DNA of 32,000 nt from assembly GCA_038826135.1 (NCBI GenBank), contig JAWBON010000005.1, forward strand, positions 1,842 to 33,841. The letters are read 5' to 3'. Below, piece after piece: positions 1-8,703 of the stretch. The DNA is from Candidatus Odinarchaeota archaeon. GTDB taxonomy: Archaea; Asgardarchaeota; Odinarchaeia; Odinarchaeales; Odinarchaeaceae. The position numbers and the translations under genes were made by a program. Under the pieces are notes generated by a model. The model made no database searches. It saw only the letters and a program-made list of their open reading frames with translations, and was not told where the DNA came from. Every line of letters begins with the position of its first letter. The stretch's first letter is position 1.

Positions 1-481
1 CTCGAATTATAGCAGCGGCGGCTAAAGGTGTCGATGCGAAAACCCCGCTGTGCATTTTCACCCCTGCCGGTATACCTAGCACAGGAATCTTCATATCAAT
101 CACATCCACTATATCAACAGCTGTCCCATCACCACCGCAGAAAACCAGCAGGTCTAAACCCTTATCTAACATAACCTGTGCGCAATTTTTAGTATCCGCA
201 GCGGTTGTCATACCACCCTCTTTAATATAGTAGACGACCTCCCCTTTGAAACCGAGCTCCTCTAGAATAAAACCGCCCATAACACCGGAGGCTGTGTAAA
301 CGTATATTTTATCTATAAGAGCTCTTAACCGTTTAAAAACCTCTCTCACCCGAAGAGGAGCCTGCGGCTTAACACCCATCTTCAAGGCTTCAGCGACTAT
401 TAACGGGTCATCCGTGCCCTTAAAACCGGAGGCCCCACCTAAACCAGCTATAGGGTTAACTATAAGACCAAGCTTAAACAA
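1..481 (-). CDS. ATP-NAD kinase-like family protein (COG3199-type), 3'-partial, runs off the window edge
   Basis: Not in the ORF track; hand-translated. TTG at 481 follows GGAGGT by 5 nt. It reads MFKLGLIVNPIAGLGGASGFKGTD...LLVFCGGDGTAVD...VLGIPAGVKMHSGVFA, with GGDGT and NPIAG motifs, and stays open to base 2. Confidence 0.85.
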   Translation of the reverse strand, partial: MFKLGLIVNPIAGLGGASGFKGTDDPLIVAEALKMGVKPQAPLRVREVFKRLRALIDKIYVYTASGVMGGFILEELGFKGEVVYYIKEGGMTTAADTKNCAQVMLDKGLDLLVFCGGDGTAVDIVDVIDMKIPVLGIPAGVKMHSGVFASTPLAAAAIIR

Positions 482-516
482 TCTAAACCTCCAATAAAAA
501 TTAGGAAAATGAAAGA

Positions 517-963
517 TCACTCGTGGCTGGCTACCTCTTGCTTCACGAACTCCATGTAACTCTTATCATTCATAAGCTTCTTAACTTCACTGTTAAGATC
601 GCTGGGTTCAATAACCATGATATAGCCTGCTCCGTAAGGCTCCTTATTTGCAAGCTCCGGGTTATTTTCCAGTTTCCGGTTAATCTCCACAATCCTACCG
701 CTCACAGGCGAATAAACTTCAGATGTAGCTTTCACTGATTCAATAGCAGCAATCTGCGAGCCGGCTTTAACCTCACTTCCTACATCCAGCGCTTCCTCAT
801 CAGCGTTTATGAACTCCACGTAAACAAGATCTTTCAAATTCCTCTGAGCGTAATCAGTTATACCCACTACAGCCTTATTATTCTCAATCTTCAACCATTC
901 ATGCGTCTTAGTATAATACAATCCTTCCTGAATAACATAGTCTCCAACCTTCAAAGAAACCAT
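517..963 (-). CDS. gcvH: Glycine cleavage system H protein (lipoyl carrier)
   Basis: YTKTHEW, VGITDYAQ, the lipoyl-Lys motif ESVKA, SPVSG and NKEPYGAGYI. Confidence 0.95.
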   Translation of the reverse strand: MVSLKVGDYVIQEGLYYTKTHEWLKIENNKAVVGITDYAQRNLKDLVYVEFINADEEALDVGSEVKAGSQIAAIESVKATSEVYSPVSGRIVEINRKLENNPELANKEPYGAGYIMVIEPSDLNSEVKKLMNDKSYMEFVKQEVASHE

Positions 964-1077
964 CTCCAGTTGTGAGTAAACTAAGTTGAATTTATCTTAT
1001 CATAATCCCCTTATTAGATTTACTTTTCCATATGAGCGGTGTTTTAAAACATTTTTTAAAATTAATCAAGGGATACT

Positions 1078-1623
1078 ATGGATACTGGAATAATACTTAA
1101 AATACTAGTTGTCGGCGATGAGGGTGTGGGTAAAACATGCTTGATTAAAAGATTCGCTGATAACATATTCCCGGATACCAGTAAACAGACAATAGGAGTA
1201 GACTTCACTGTTAAAAAAATAAGAATAGGGGACAAGCTAGTTAAACTTCAAATATGGGATTTCGGAGGCCACAGCTATTACAGGCAGATACAATACACAT
1301 TCTGCGAGGGAGCGAAAGGCGTGATACTCGCATTCGATCTATCAAATACTAGCACATTCAAAAATCTTAGCAGCTGGGCGGCCTTCCTAAAAGATGCTGT
1401 TGAAGAAGACACTCCTAAAATACTAGTAGGCACCAAAAGCGATTTAAAATGGCCCAGACCACTTATTAAAGAAATCCGGTCTTTTATTGAAAAAAACAAA
1501 TTTCAAAACTATTTTGAAACCAGCGCTAAAGAAAACATATCAGTTCAACCGCCATTCCATTATTTAGCGAAGACAATAATTAAACAGCATATTAAAACAC
1601 CGCACACACCACTGATATTTTAA
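1078..1623 (+). CDS. Rab-like/Ras-superfamily small GTPase (eukaryotic signature protein type)
   Basis: G1 GDEGVGKT, G2 TIGVDF, G3 WDFGG, G4-like TKSD and G5 ETSAK. No C-terminal prenylation Cys. Confidence 0.9.
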   Translation: MDTGIILKILVVGDEGVGKTCLIKRFADNIFPDTSKQTIGVDFTVKKIRIGDKLVKLQIWDFGGHSYYRQIQYTFCEGAKGVILAFDLSNTSTFKNLSSWAAFLKDAVEEDTPKILVGTKSDLKWPRPLIKEIRSFIEKNKFQNYFETSAKENISVQPPFHYLAKTIIKQHIKTPHTPLIF

Positions 1624-1782
1624 CCTAATATTTTAACTATTTATTTTGAGTTTTTATTCAGCTCATTAAATAAGCTTAGAATATAGATTCCGTAAAAAAA
1701 TATTTTATCTATAATAAGAGCGCTTTAGATTTTCTCTTTAGCCGCTGGTTTCGAGAAGATAAATAGGCTTCTCAATTTCAGT

Positions 1783-3111
1783 TTAAGATTCAGATATTAA
1801 AGCTGTTTTTATCTTCCACTTTTTTAAATTATTTTTAAAAGTTCTTCCAGTAATAAGACTTTCAGCCATTGAAAAAACCGATCTTCTAAAAGAACGTTTA
1901 CCTATTATTGATTTCAAGAATCTAAAAATTACAGGAATCATAGAGTTAAGCTGCTCTGTCATTTCCAAACTTATATCATAAAGTTCTTGAATAGTGAGGT
2001 TTTTCGGCTTAAAAGTAAATAGGGGAAAAGGGTCTTCTAACCAAAACTGGTTATTAAATAATCTGTTTTCAGAAACAAGTTTATCATATATTTTAGTTCC
2101 AGGATAAGGGGTAAGGTGAGTTATATTCGGTATATCAATATCAGACTCTATAATAAAATCTTTAAGCCTATTTAAACTATCTTTTGTATCGAAATCAGTG
2201 CCTATTATAAAGGAGCCCATCACACCAACACCGTAATCATGAATTTTCTTTACAATATTTTTATAGTTTGAAACCCCTTTAGACAAATTGAGCTTTTTAT
2301 TAAAAGATGATAAAATATTCGGGTCTATGGATTCAAACCCGATAAATAAGAACATACACCCACTTTCAGCTAATAATTTTAAAATTCTTTCATCATCAGC
2401 AATATTAATCGAAGCTTGACCCATCCAGTGTAAACTATACTCTTTTAACAATCCAAATAATTCCACAGCTCTTCCTACAGCTTTTCCACCTACACCGATA
2501 ATATTATCATCAACAATAAACACATTTTTTTTCTTAAGAGATTCAACCTCCTTTTTCAGATAATTTAAAGGCTTATATCTATATGTTCGCCCGTGAAACC
2601 TTGTCACAGAGCAGAAATAACAGTCTAGTGGACATCCTCTTACAGTCTCGAAACTCTCAAATTTATATTCATTTTTTATCAAATCTCTTCGAGGAATTTT
2701 AAATTTAGAGAAATCGAATAAACCTGATTTATACACTTTACGAAGCTTCCCCTCTTCCAAATCCTGTAGCAAATTCTGCCAAACTAGCTCACCGTCACCG
2801 ACTACCACAGAGTCAGCGTACCGCATCGACTCCTCTGGAAGTATTGAAGGATGATTACCACCTAAAACAACAGGGATACCTCTTTCTCTAAATTGATTAG
2901 CAATCAAGTACGCTCTTCTAATTGAATAAGTATTAGCTGTTATAGCAGCCAAATCCGCATCGTAATCAAGGCGTTGAAAATTATTATCGATAATTTTCAC
3001 CTCATAATCATCAGGTATGAAAGCCGCTAAACTAGCTAAACTAAGCGGTGGAAACAATTTCATTGCATATTCCGGAGTTGAAGGGTTAACTAAGACTATC
3101 TTTTTTACCAT
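1783..3111 (-). CDS. B12-binding domain radical SAM protein
   Basis: N-terminal cobalamin-binding-like region (PPLSLASLAA, VVLGGNHPSI, DSVVVGDGE), the CxxxCxxC motif GCPLDCYFC, VDDN, FIGFES and TPYPGT. The start is moved from 3153 to the ATG at 3111 (MVKKIVLVNP). Confidence 0.9.
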   Translation of the reverse strand: MVKKIVLVNPSTPEYAMKLFPPLSLASLAAFIPDDYEVKIIDNNFQRLDYDADLAAITANTYSIRRAYLIANQFRERGIPVVLGGNHPSILPEESMRYADSVVVGDGELVWQNLLQDLEEGKLRKVYKSGLFDFSKFKIPRRDLIKNEYKFESFETVRGCPLDCYFCSVTRFHGRTYRYKPLNYLKKEVESLKKKNVFIVDDNIIGVGGKAVGRAVELFGLLKEYSLHWMGQASINIADDERILKLLAESGCMFLFIGFESIDPNILSSFNKKLNLSKGVSNYKNIVKKIHDYGVGVMGSFIIGTDFDTKDSLNRLKDFIIESDIDIPNITHLTPYPGTKIYDKLVSENRLFNNQFWLEDPFPLFTFKPKNLTIQELYDISLEMTEQLNSMIPVIFRFLKSIIGKRSFRRSVFSMAESLITGRTFKNNLKKWKIKTALISES

Positions 3112-3295
3112 TAAACCACATTTATAAATTAATCCAATCAAAAATAAAAGCAAACTTCTAAATTAAGCATTTTAAACTATCTTTCCTCTGAAAATTTAAA
3201 CCTATTAAAAATAAGTACACATGCTAAAATTTTTAAACTATACAGTATGAGAGCGCGAGATATCAGTTAATATAAAGTTAGCTAAGCAAATTTAG

Positions 3296-3505
3296 TTAAG
3301 GCGCTTTCATGTTAGCAAACTTTTTCGAGTCTGAATGCCTTTCCCCGCCTGTAGCCCAATTACTCTTAGGAGTTTCATAAATGATGATCTCAACCGCTTC
3401 CTTAGGAATACCCACCGATTCAAAAGTTTTAGTTATACCTTCAACAATACAACGCTTACATTCATCACTCATTCCAGCCCAAACAGTGATTTGAACAACA
3501 GGCAT
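3296..3505 (-). CDS. 4-oxalocrotonate tautomerase family protein
   Basis: Starting at ATG 3505 gives Met-Pro (catalytic Pro1 after Met removal): PVVQITVWAG...IPKEAVEIIIYETPKSNWATGG. Confidence 0.9.
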   Translation of the reverse strand: MPVVQITVWAGMSDECKRCIVEGITKTFESVGIPKEAVEIIIYETPKSNWATGGERHSDSKKFANMKAP

Positions 3506-3557
3506 ATTCTCCACCGATAATATAGAGTACTTGTTAAATTATTTAAAGCATATTTAG

Positions 3558-3663
3558 TGGTGCGGGGGATGGGATTTGAACCCATGAAGCTGTCTGCGTC
3601 TATTAGACTCTACAGCATAGGATTCTGAGTCCTACCCCTTAGACCTGGCTCGGGAACCCCCGC
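3558..3663 (-). tRNA. tRNA-Leu(CAG) with encoded CCA and a probable 18-nt intron in the variable arm
   Basis: Acceptor stem GCGGGGG/CCCCCGC, discriminator A and CCA. Anticodon arm TAGGA-CTCAGAA-TCCTA (CAG at 3627-3625). T arm ATGGG-TTCAAAT-CCCAT. The variable region is 32 nt unspliced and 14 nt spliced. Confidence 0.95.
3592..3609 (-). other. Non-canonical tRNA intron in the variable arm of tRNA-Leu
   Basis: Central helix CUGU/GCAG, bulges AG^A and AC^A, inner hairpin GUCU-AAU-AGAC. Removal leaves U-GCU-GUAG-AGC-UUC, a normal leucine variable arm, and an 88-nt mature tRNA. Confidence 0.8.
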
Positions 3664-3699
3664 TTTTGTAATAATTCTCAGATACGAGTATTTTAATTT

Positions 3700-4491
3700 T
3701 TATAGAGCGCTTTTTATTATCCCGCCGTCGATTTGTATGGTTGCTCCTGTGATATAGCTTGCTCTTTCAGATGCTAAGAAGACTATTAGTTCAGCGTATT
3801 CTCTGGGGTTTCCTAGTCTACCTAGCGGGATCTGCGACTCCCAGTCTTTGAATATGTTTTCTACAGTTGTGTTTAATTTAGCAGCTTTATTTTTAGCAAG
3901 CTGGATAACCCTGTCTGTTTTAAAATAGCCGGGGCATATGTTGTTAACTGTAATATTGTATTTTCCAACCTCGTTTGCAAGTGTTTTAGCGAAGCCTATG
4001 ACCGCCAGTCTTATACTGTTTGAAAGAATTAAGCCCTCTATAGGTTGTTTAACGGAGAAAGATGTTGAATTTATTATTCTACCCCAACGCTTCTTTATCA
4101 TGTAAGGTAACACATTTTTAGAAAGCGTTATAGTACTCATAAGATTCAGCTTAACAGCTTTCATCCATTCCTCCAGTGGGAGCTCTGTGAATAAGCCTGT
4201 AGGGGGACCGCCTGCATTATTAATAAGAATGTTTATATCCCCGAGGGCTTCAGCGGTTTCCTTCACAAATTTTTCGATTTCCGCCTCAACTGTTAAATCG
4301 CATTTAAAGGCTAAAACCTCAGCTCCTGTTTCTTTTATTATAGCATCCCGTGATTTTAATAATTCGCTATTATTTCTCGCACACATTGAGACTCTAACAC
4401 CTTCTTCTGCAAAGGCTTTAGCTATCTCAAAGCCGAGACCCCTGCTTGAAGCAGCTACGATGGCTACTTTCCCTTTAAGCCCAAGATCCAT
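3700..4491 (-). CDS. Short-chain dehydrogenase/reductase, 3-oxoacyl-ACP reductase-like
   Basis: AASSRGLG nucleotide-binding motif, NNAGG, NICPGYFKT, IPLGRLG and YITGATIQIDGG. The YxxxK position is replaced by SNSIR. Confidence 0.9.
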   Translation of the reverse strand: MDLGLKGKVAIVAASSRGLGFEIAKAFAEEGVRVSMCARNNSELLKSRDAIIKETGAEVLAFKCDLTVEAEIEKFVKETAEALGDINILINNAGGPPTGLFTELPLEEWMKAVKLNLMSTITLSKNVLPYMIKKRWGRIINSTSFSVKQPIEGLILSNSIRLAVIGFAKTLANEVGKYNITVNNICPGYFKTDRVIQLAKNKAAKLNTTVENIFKDWESQIPLGRLGNPREYAELIVFLASERASYITGATIQIDGGIIKSAL

Positions 4492-4506
4492 ATAATCACC
4501 CGGCTA

Positions 4507-5355
4507 TTATTTAATTAAATTATATTTACTAATAAATTTTGATACGGTTTTAACCTGTCGCACATCATGAGTCCGGATTATATTAGCCCCTTTTAAAATT
4601 GCTAAAATTGTTGCGGCTGTTGAGCCTGTCAAAACATCTTCATCACTATCTGAGTTAACCATGGTTTTTATGAAGACTTTCCTAGACAAACCTACAAGGA
4701 TTGGTTTCCGGAGTGCTTTTAACCTGTGAATGTTTTTTAAGATTTGAATGTTCAACTCAACCGATTTACCGAAGCCGAAGCCGGGGTCGATAATTATCTT
4801 TGACTTTTCAGCTTTTGCTTCAAGAGCAATATTTATACTCTCTCGTAAAGCAGGTATTAACTGGTTAATGGAAGATATATCCCCCGGCTCACGTCTTGAA
4901 GCCATTAAAATAACATACGGCGAGTACTCTTCTATAACACGCTTCATATTTTTGTCTTTTTTAAGACCACTCACATCATTAATGATCTCAGCGCCTAGCC
5001 TTAACGCCTTCTCCGCCACCTTCGCTCTCATAGTATCCACTGATATAGGTAAGCTGGTGCAATCTCTAATATAGGGTAGAGCCTCCTCCACCCGTTTAAG
5101 CTCCTCCTCTTCTGAAACATATTTTGAGCCAGGGTAAAATGATACGGGCGCGGTTGAAGCGGCCCCTATATCAATAATATCCGCACCGTCTTCAACCAGT
5201 TTTAAAGTGTACTCGGTTAAATCCCTAGCCGTTATTTTAATAGATGGTGTGTAAAATGACTCGGGGGAGCAGTTTATAACGCCCATTACAAGGGGTTGAG
5301 TATTCTCACCGATGATTTTAGATTTGAAGAATTTCTTCACCGTCATACCTACCAT
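4507..5355 (-). CDS. folP: Dihydropteroate synthase family protein
   Basis: MGVINCSPESFY, IDIGAAS, ISVDT, INDVSG, IIDPGFGFGK, VGLSRK and IRTHDV. Confidence 0.9.
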   Translation of the reverse strand: MVGMTVKKFFKSKIIGENTQPLVMGVINCSPESFYTPSIKITARDLTEYTLKLVEDGADIIDIGAASTAPVSFYPGSKYVSEEEELKRVEEALPYIRDCTSLPISVDTMRAKVAEKALRLGAEIINDVSGLKKDKNMKRVIEEYSPYVILMASRREPGDISSINQLIPALRESINIALEAKAEKSKIIIDPGFGFGKSVELNIQILKNIHRLKALRKPILVGLSRKVFIKTMVNSDSDEDVLTGSTAATILAILKGANIIRTHDVRQVKTVSKFISKYNLIK

Positions 5356-5436
5356 CTAATAAATTATTAAAGATTAACTAAAACTTTTTAAAAAACCTAT
5401 CATAATTATTATCTTAACCAAGGGATAGGTGACATT

Positions 5437-6597
5437 ATGAGCGATAGACTTAAAATTACCCATCTTAACTCGTGGCATAAGAAATACGCTAAAATGGTTG
5501 AGTTCGCAGGCTACGAGATGCCTTTATGGTATGAGAAGGGGATTGTGGAAGAGCATTTAACAGTAAGACGCAGCGTCGGAGTTTTTGACGTAACTCATAT
5601 GGGTCGTTTTATTTTCAAAGGCGCTGACGCTGAATCTTTACTTGACTATTTGACAACGAATAATGTTAAAAATCTTAAAATAGGGGAGGGGCAGTACTCT
5701 GTTCTGTGCAATGAGAGTGGGGGTATAATAGACGATCTTATAATTTATCGCTTAGAGGAAGACTTGTTTTTCGTTGTTGTTAACTCAGCTAATAAAGTTA
5801 AAGATGAAGCCTGGTTTAGAAAACATGGGAAAGGCAGAAACGTTGATATACAGAATATATCCGATAACACACCGCAGTTCGCTGTTCAAGGACCGAAAGC
5901 GGTAGAAACTTTGAGTAAAATCTCTGATGTAAACCTTAACAGACCGTATAAATTCGGTGATATAATTGAAACAAAACTAGCAGGTTACAGCGTCTATGCT
6001 ACGCGCACAGGCTACACAGGCGAAGACGGATATGAGATTGCCCAGCTAAACACGCCGTTATCTAATCCTAAACCAGCGGTAGAGTTATGGGAGAGGATAC
6101 TAGAGGCTGGTAAAGAGTTCGATATAACACCTGTCGGCTTAGGGGCGCGTGATACACTTCGATTAGAAGCGGGTATGCCACTTCACGGTTCAGATATAAC
6201 CGAGGAGACTACACCCTTCGAGGCTAGACTTAAATTTGTGGTTAAACTGGATAAAGATGATTTCATAGGTAAAACTGCTTTAAAAAAGCAGATGGAGTTG
6301 AAGCCTTCAAAACTTAGAGTGGGTTTAATCCTTATAGATAAAGGGATACCGCGCCCACATCTTAACATATTTGCAGGCGGTAAAATAATAGGTGAAACAA
6401 CAAGCGGAGGCTACTCACCTCTTATGCCTAAAGGTTACGGTGTAGCTTTAGGATACGTTGATAGAAAATATAAGGAAGACGGGACCATTGTCCATATAGA
6501 GATTCACGGTAAAAAAAGAGCTGCAGAGGTTGTAAAACCTAGAAAAATGCTGAATAAAATAAAAGAGAAGGCTAGGCAGTTAAGCTCTAATCAATAA
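5437..6597 (+). CDS. gcvT: Glycine cleavage system T protein (aminomethyltransferase)
   Basis: FAGYEMPLWY, FDVTHMG, GGIIDDL, TRTGYTGEDGYE, GLGARDTLRLEAG and TTSGGYSP. GGTGA ribosome-binding site at 5428-5432. Confidence 0.95.
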   Translation: MSDRLKITHLNSWHKKYAKMVEFAGYEMPLWYEKGIVEEHLTVRRSVGVFDVTHMGRFIFKGADAESLLDYLTTNNVKNLKIGEGQYSVLCNESGGIIDDLIIYRLEEDLFFVVVNSANKVKDEAWFRKHGKGRNVDIQNISDNTPQFAVQGPKAVETLSKISDVNLNRPYKFGDIIETKLAGYSVYATRTGYTGEDGYEIAQLNTPLSNPKPAVELWERILEAGKEFDITPVGLGARDTLRLEAGMPLHGSDITEETTPFEARLKFVVKLDKDDFIGKTALKKQMELKPSKLRVGLILIDKGIPRPHLNIFAGGKIIGETTSGGYSPLMPKGYGVALGYVDRKYKEDGTIVHIEIHGKKRAAEVVKPRKMLNKIKEKARQLSSNQ

Positions 6598-6740
6598 ATC
6601 CACAGTTCCAACGAATTTTTAAAGCGAAAGAGACTAAAAATTCTAAAATCTTCAAAAAAAGACGAGCCTAATGAAAATATTTATTTATAGCAAATTGAAT
6701 TAATATTTACAGTTTATCTGGCTATTAGGCGGGAGACTCT

Positions 6741-7595
6741 TTGGCGAAGATACCGTTCGAGGATAACAGCCTAGAGTTTACTATGCTAATCCCATTCTAC
6801 AGTCGTGTTATAAGAACAGTTTACGCTAATTCTGATTTCAAAGACTATTCGGCGCTGGAAATTTTTACTAAGATGAAATACGATTTTGAAAAAATAAAGA
6901 ATAATTATGATGAAGCAGCTCACGTTTGCATTGAAGCCCGTACTAAAGCATTAGACTATCTCGTAAGCAAGTATATTGAAAGAAAACCGTATGCTACTAT
7001 TGTAAACATCGGGGCTGGTTTAGACACACCCTTCTTAAGGCTAGATAACGGTAAAATATTATGGTATGATTTAGACCTGCCTGATGCGATCGAGCTTAGG
7101 AGAAAATTCGTAAAAGAAACAGATAGAAACAGGTTTATATCTAAGTCGATGTTCGATTACAGCTGGTTCGATCAGATCAACTACAATCCTGAGAGAGGGA
7201 TATTATTCGTAGCGAGCGGTGTGTTAATGTATTTCGATGAAGAAAAAGTGAAGGATTTTCTTAGAAAAATAGCCGAGCGTTTTCCTGGAGGGGAGATGGT
7301 TTTCGACGCTGTGACGTCGAAGATCGCGGCGATAGTGGCGAATAGAAGAATGAAAAAATGCGGTAATAGAAAGGCAATGGTCTGTTGGTATGTTAAAAAC
7401 TCTAAGATATTCAATATATGGGATAGTAGAATTATCTTGATAAAAATAATGAACTACTTTGATAGAATTCGAAAACGGTTAATCGCATCTACACTAACTA
7501 AATTGAAACTATACATATCACAAATTATTAACGCTATGAAATACTATCATCTCAAATTCTTAGACGGAAAAGAAAATCAGGAGTCATACTTGTAA
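6741..7595 (+). CDS. Class I SAM-dependent methyltransferase (leucine carboxyl methyltransferase/TcmP-like)
   Basis: ARTKALD, VNIGAGLDT, WYDLDLPDAIELR and ASGVLMYF. Confidence 0.85.
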   Translation: MAKIPFEDNSLEFTMLIPFYSRVIRTVYANSDFKDYSALEIFTKMKYDFEKIKNNYDEAAHVCIEARTKALDYLVSKYIERKPYATIVNIGAGLDTPFLRLDNGKILWYDLDLPDAIELRRKFVKETDRNRFISKSMFDYSWFDQINYNPERGILFVASGVLMYFDEEKVKDFLRKIAERFPGGEMVFDAVTSKIAAIVANRRMKKCGNRKAMVCWYVKNSKIFNIWDSRIILIKIMNYFDRIRKRLIASTLTKLKLYISQIINAMKYYHLKFLDGKENQESYL

Positions 7596-8149
7596 AGCGT
7601 GACTCCGAACATAGAAAACCAGCTAGTAATCATTAAAGCAACAACGGTTTCAATTAAAGCCAATCCCGGTAGATTAATAAAAATCCATACCAATAAACTT
7701 ATTAAAAGCACAATTAACCCGTACACTCCAAGCCTGAAATAATTTTTTTTAACTATGAAAATTATGCTCATAACTCCACATAGAAGAATTGAGAGAGCGA
7801 ACGCTAGAAAAGCGAAAAAATAATGTATAAAACCGAAGCTGAGAGTGAACACACCGGCTAGAATATAAGAAATATTTGTAGCGAAAAATATGGCTCCAAT
7901 TATTAAATATCTTAAAACATTTTTATTATAATTGATAAAGAAGATTGAGAATAAAACCCCTAGAAAACCGCCCCCGATCAAACCGGAATTAAATATATAA
8001 CTAACTTCAGACACACCCAGTTCGCTTAGAAGACCATTATACCAGTTGAAGCTACTATGTAAAAACGCGGATATGAATATACTACCCCATATAAGTATCG
8101 AGCTGAGGGGTAGTAAGAGTGGGAAAAAACCTAAATTATTTTTACCCAT
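7577..8149 (-). CDS. DUF998-like multi-pass membrane protein
   Basis: About five hydrophobic segments, with FNWYNGLLSELG, FNSGLI, AGVFT and IHYFFA. Confidence 0.7.
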   Translation of the reverse strand: MGKNNLGFFPLLLPLSSILIWGSIFISAFLHSSFNWYNGLLSELGVSEVSYIFNSGLIGGGFLGVLFSIFFINYNKNVLRYLIIGAIFFATNISYILAGVFTLSFGFIHYFFAFLAFALSILLCGVMSIIFIVKKNYFRLGVYGLIVLLISLLVWIFINLPGLALIETVVALMITSWFSMFGVTLYKYDS

Positions 8150-8191
8150 AAAATTCCCTTAAAACTTATTACACAGCTATACGAATACAGA

Positions 8192-8482
8192 TCAGTCGCT
8201 AATAGTCTCCAAGATACTTACCGCGTTCCATATTTTTACACGCAGCCTTTAATAAGGCAGCTTTGTGCGAGCATGAAGCGGGCAGTTAGGATCTTGAGAG
8301 ACCTCATCAAGTATGGAGATAGCGTTCGAAGCTCTTACCGCCATCCCATTAACCTTACTATCGTTCAAAGCTGCAATAGATTCGCTTGCAGCCCTCCTTA
8401 TATTTCTAGGCACGGAGGTATCTTCACTAATCATAGTCAGAACCTGTATCGCCTGCTTAGCTTTCTCCTCAGCAGTGGACAT
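8192..8482 (-). CDS. UPF0147 family protein; predicted spliced CDS complement(join(8192..8235,8263..8482)), 87 aa
   Basis: Family motifs [43 protein letters not shown] lies 7 nt before ATG. The genomic frame stops at 8249, but a family-like C-terminus [13 protein letters not shown] follows in the same frame after a 27-nt insertion. Confidence 0.85.
8236..8262 (-). other. Candidate BHB/BHL-type pre-mRNA intron (27 nt) in the UPF0147 gene
   Basis: AGCUGCCUUAUUAAAGGCUGCGUGUAA. Central helix GCAC/GUGU, two AAA bulges, inner stem GCUGCCUU/AAGGCUGC and an in-frame UAA. Confidence 0.8.
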
Positions 8483-8703
8483 TTATAAAACCTCCAATAT
8501 TTTTCAAAGTAACGCTTAATATATAATATGTTATATAACAATTTTTAACTAAATAATGTATTATTGAATAGTGAATTATACGATTTAAATCTTACCAAAA
8601 GATAACAAGCGAATAATTCTGGTAAATAGCGGTTAAAGGTTGAAAACAACATATTTTTATCAAAATTAGTTTAATCTACAAATAGATTTTAGGAGAGTTA
8701 AAA

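Noticed and set aside
785-815. BHB-like fold (UUCA/UGGA helix, CGCU/AGCG stem) over the short INADEEAL insertion in gcvH
   Set aside because: Rule-based cleavage would remove 25 nt and frameshift an intact ORF. There is a mismatch next to the bulge and no outer helix.
3558-3663. tRNA-Sec, suggested by the long variable region and a TCA triplet in the anticodon loop
   Set aside because: The 7-nt loop is CTCAGAA, which centres CAG, not TCA. The acceptor and T stems are the standard 7/5, and the long arm is explained by an intron.
3700-4491. SDR lacking the catalytic YxxxK as a novel enzyme
   Set aside because: The SxxxR variant is a known, widespread atypical BKR-like SDR subgroup.
8249-8482. 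UPF0147 as a simple pseudogene or naturally short 77-aa protein
   Set aside because: Both parts are intact and in frame, the ribosome-binding site is strong, and the insertion boundaries coincide with BHB cleavage positions. It cannot be fully excluded without RNA data.
8529-8540. Palindrome TGTTATATAACA as the same operator as 10795-10816
   Set aside because: The half-site spacing differs (GTTA-TA-TAAC versus GTTA-TAAC), it is short, and it lies in TATA-like AT-rich sequence.
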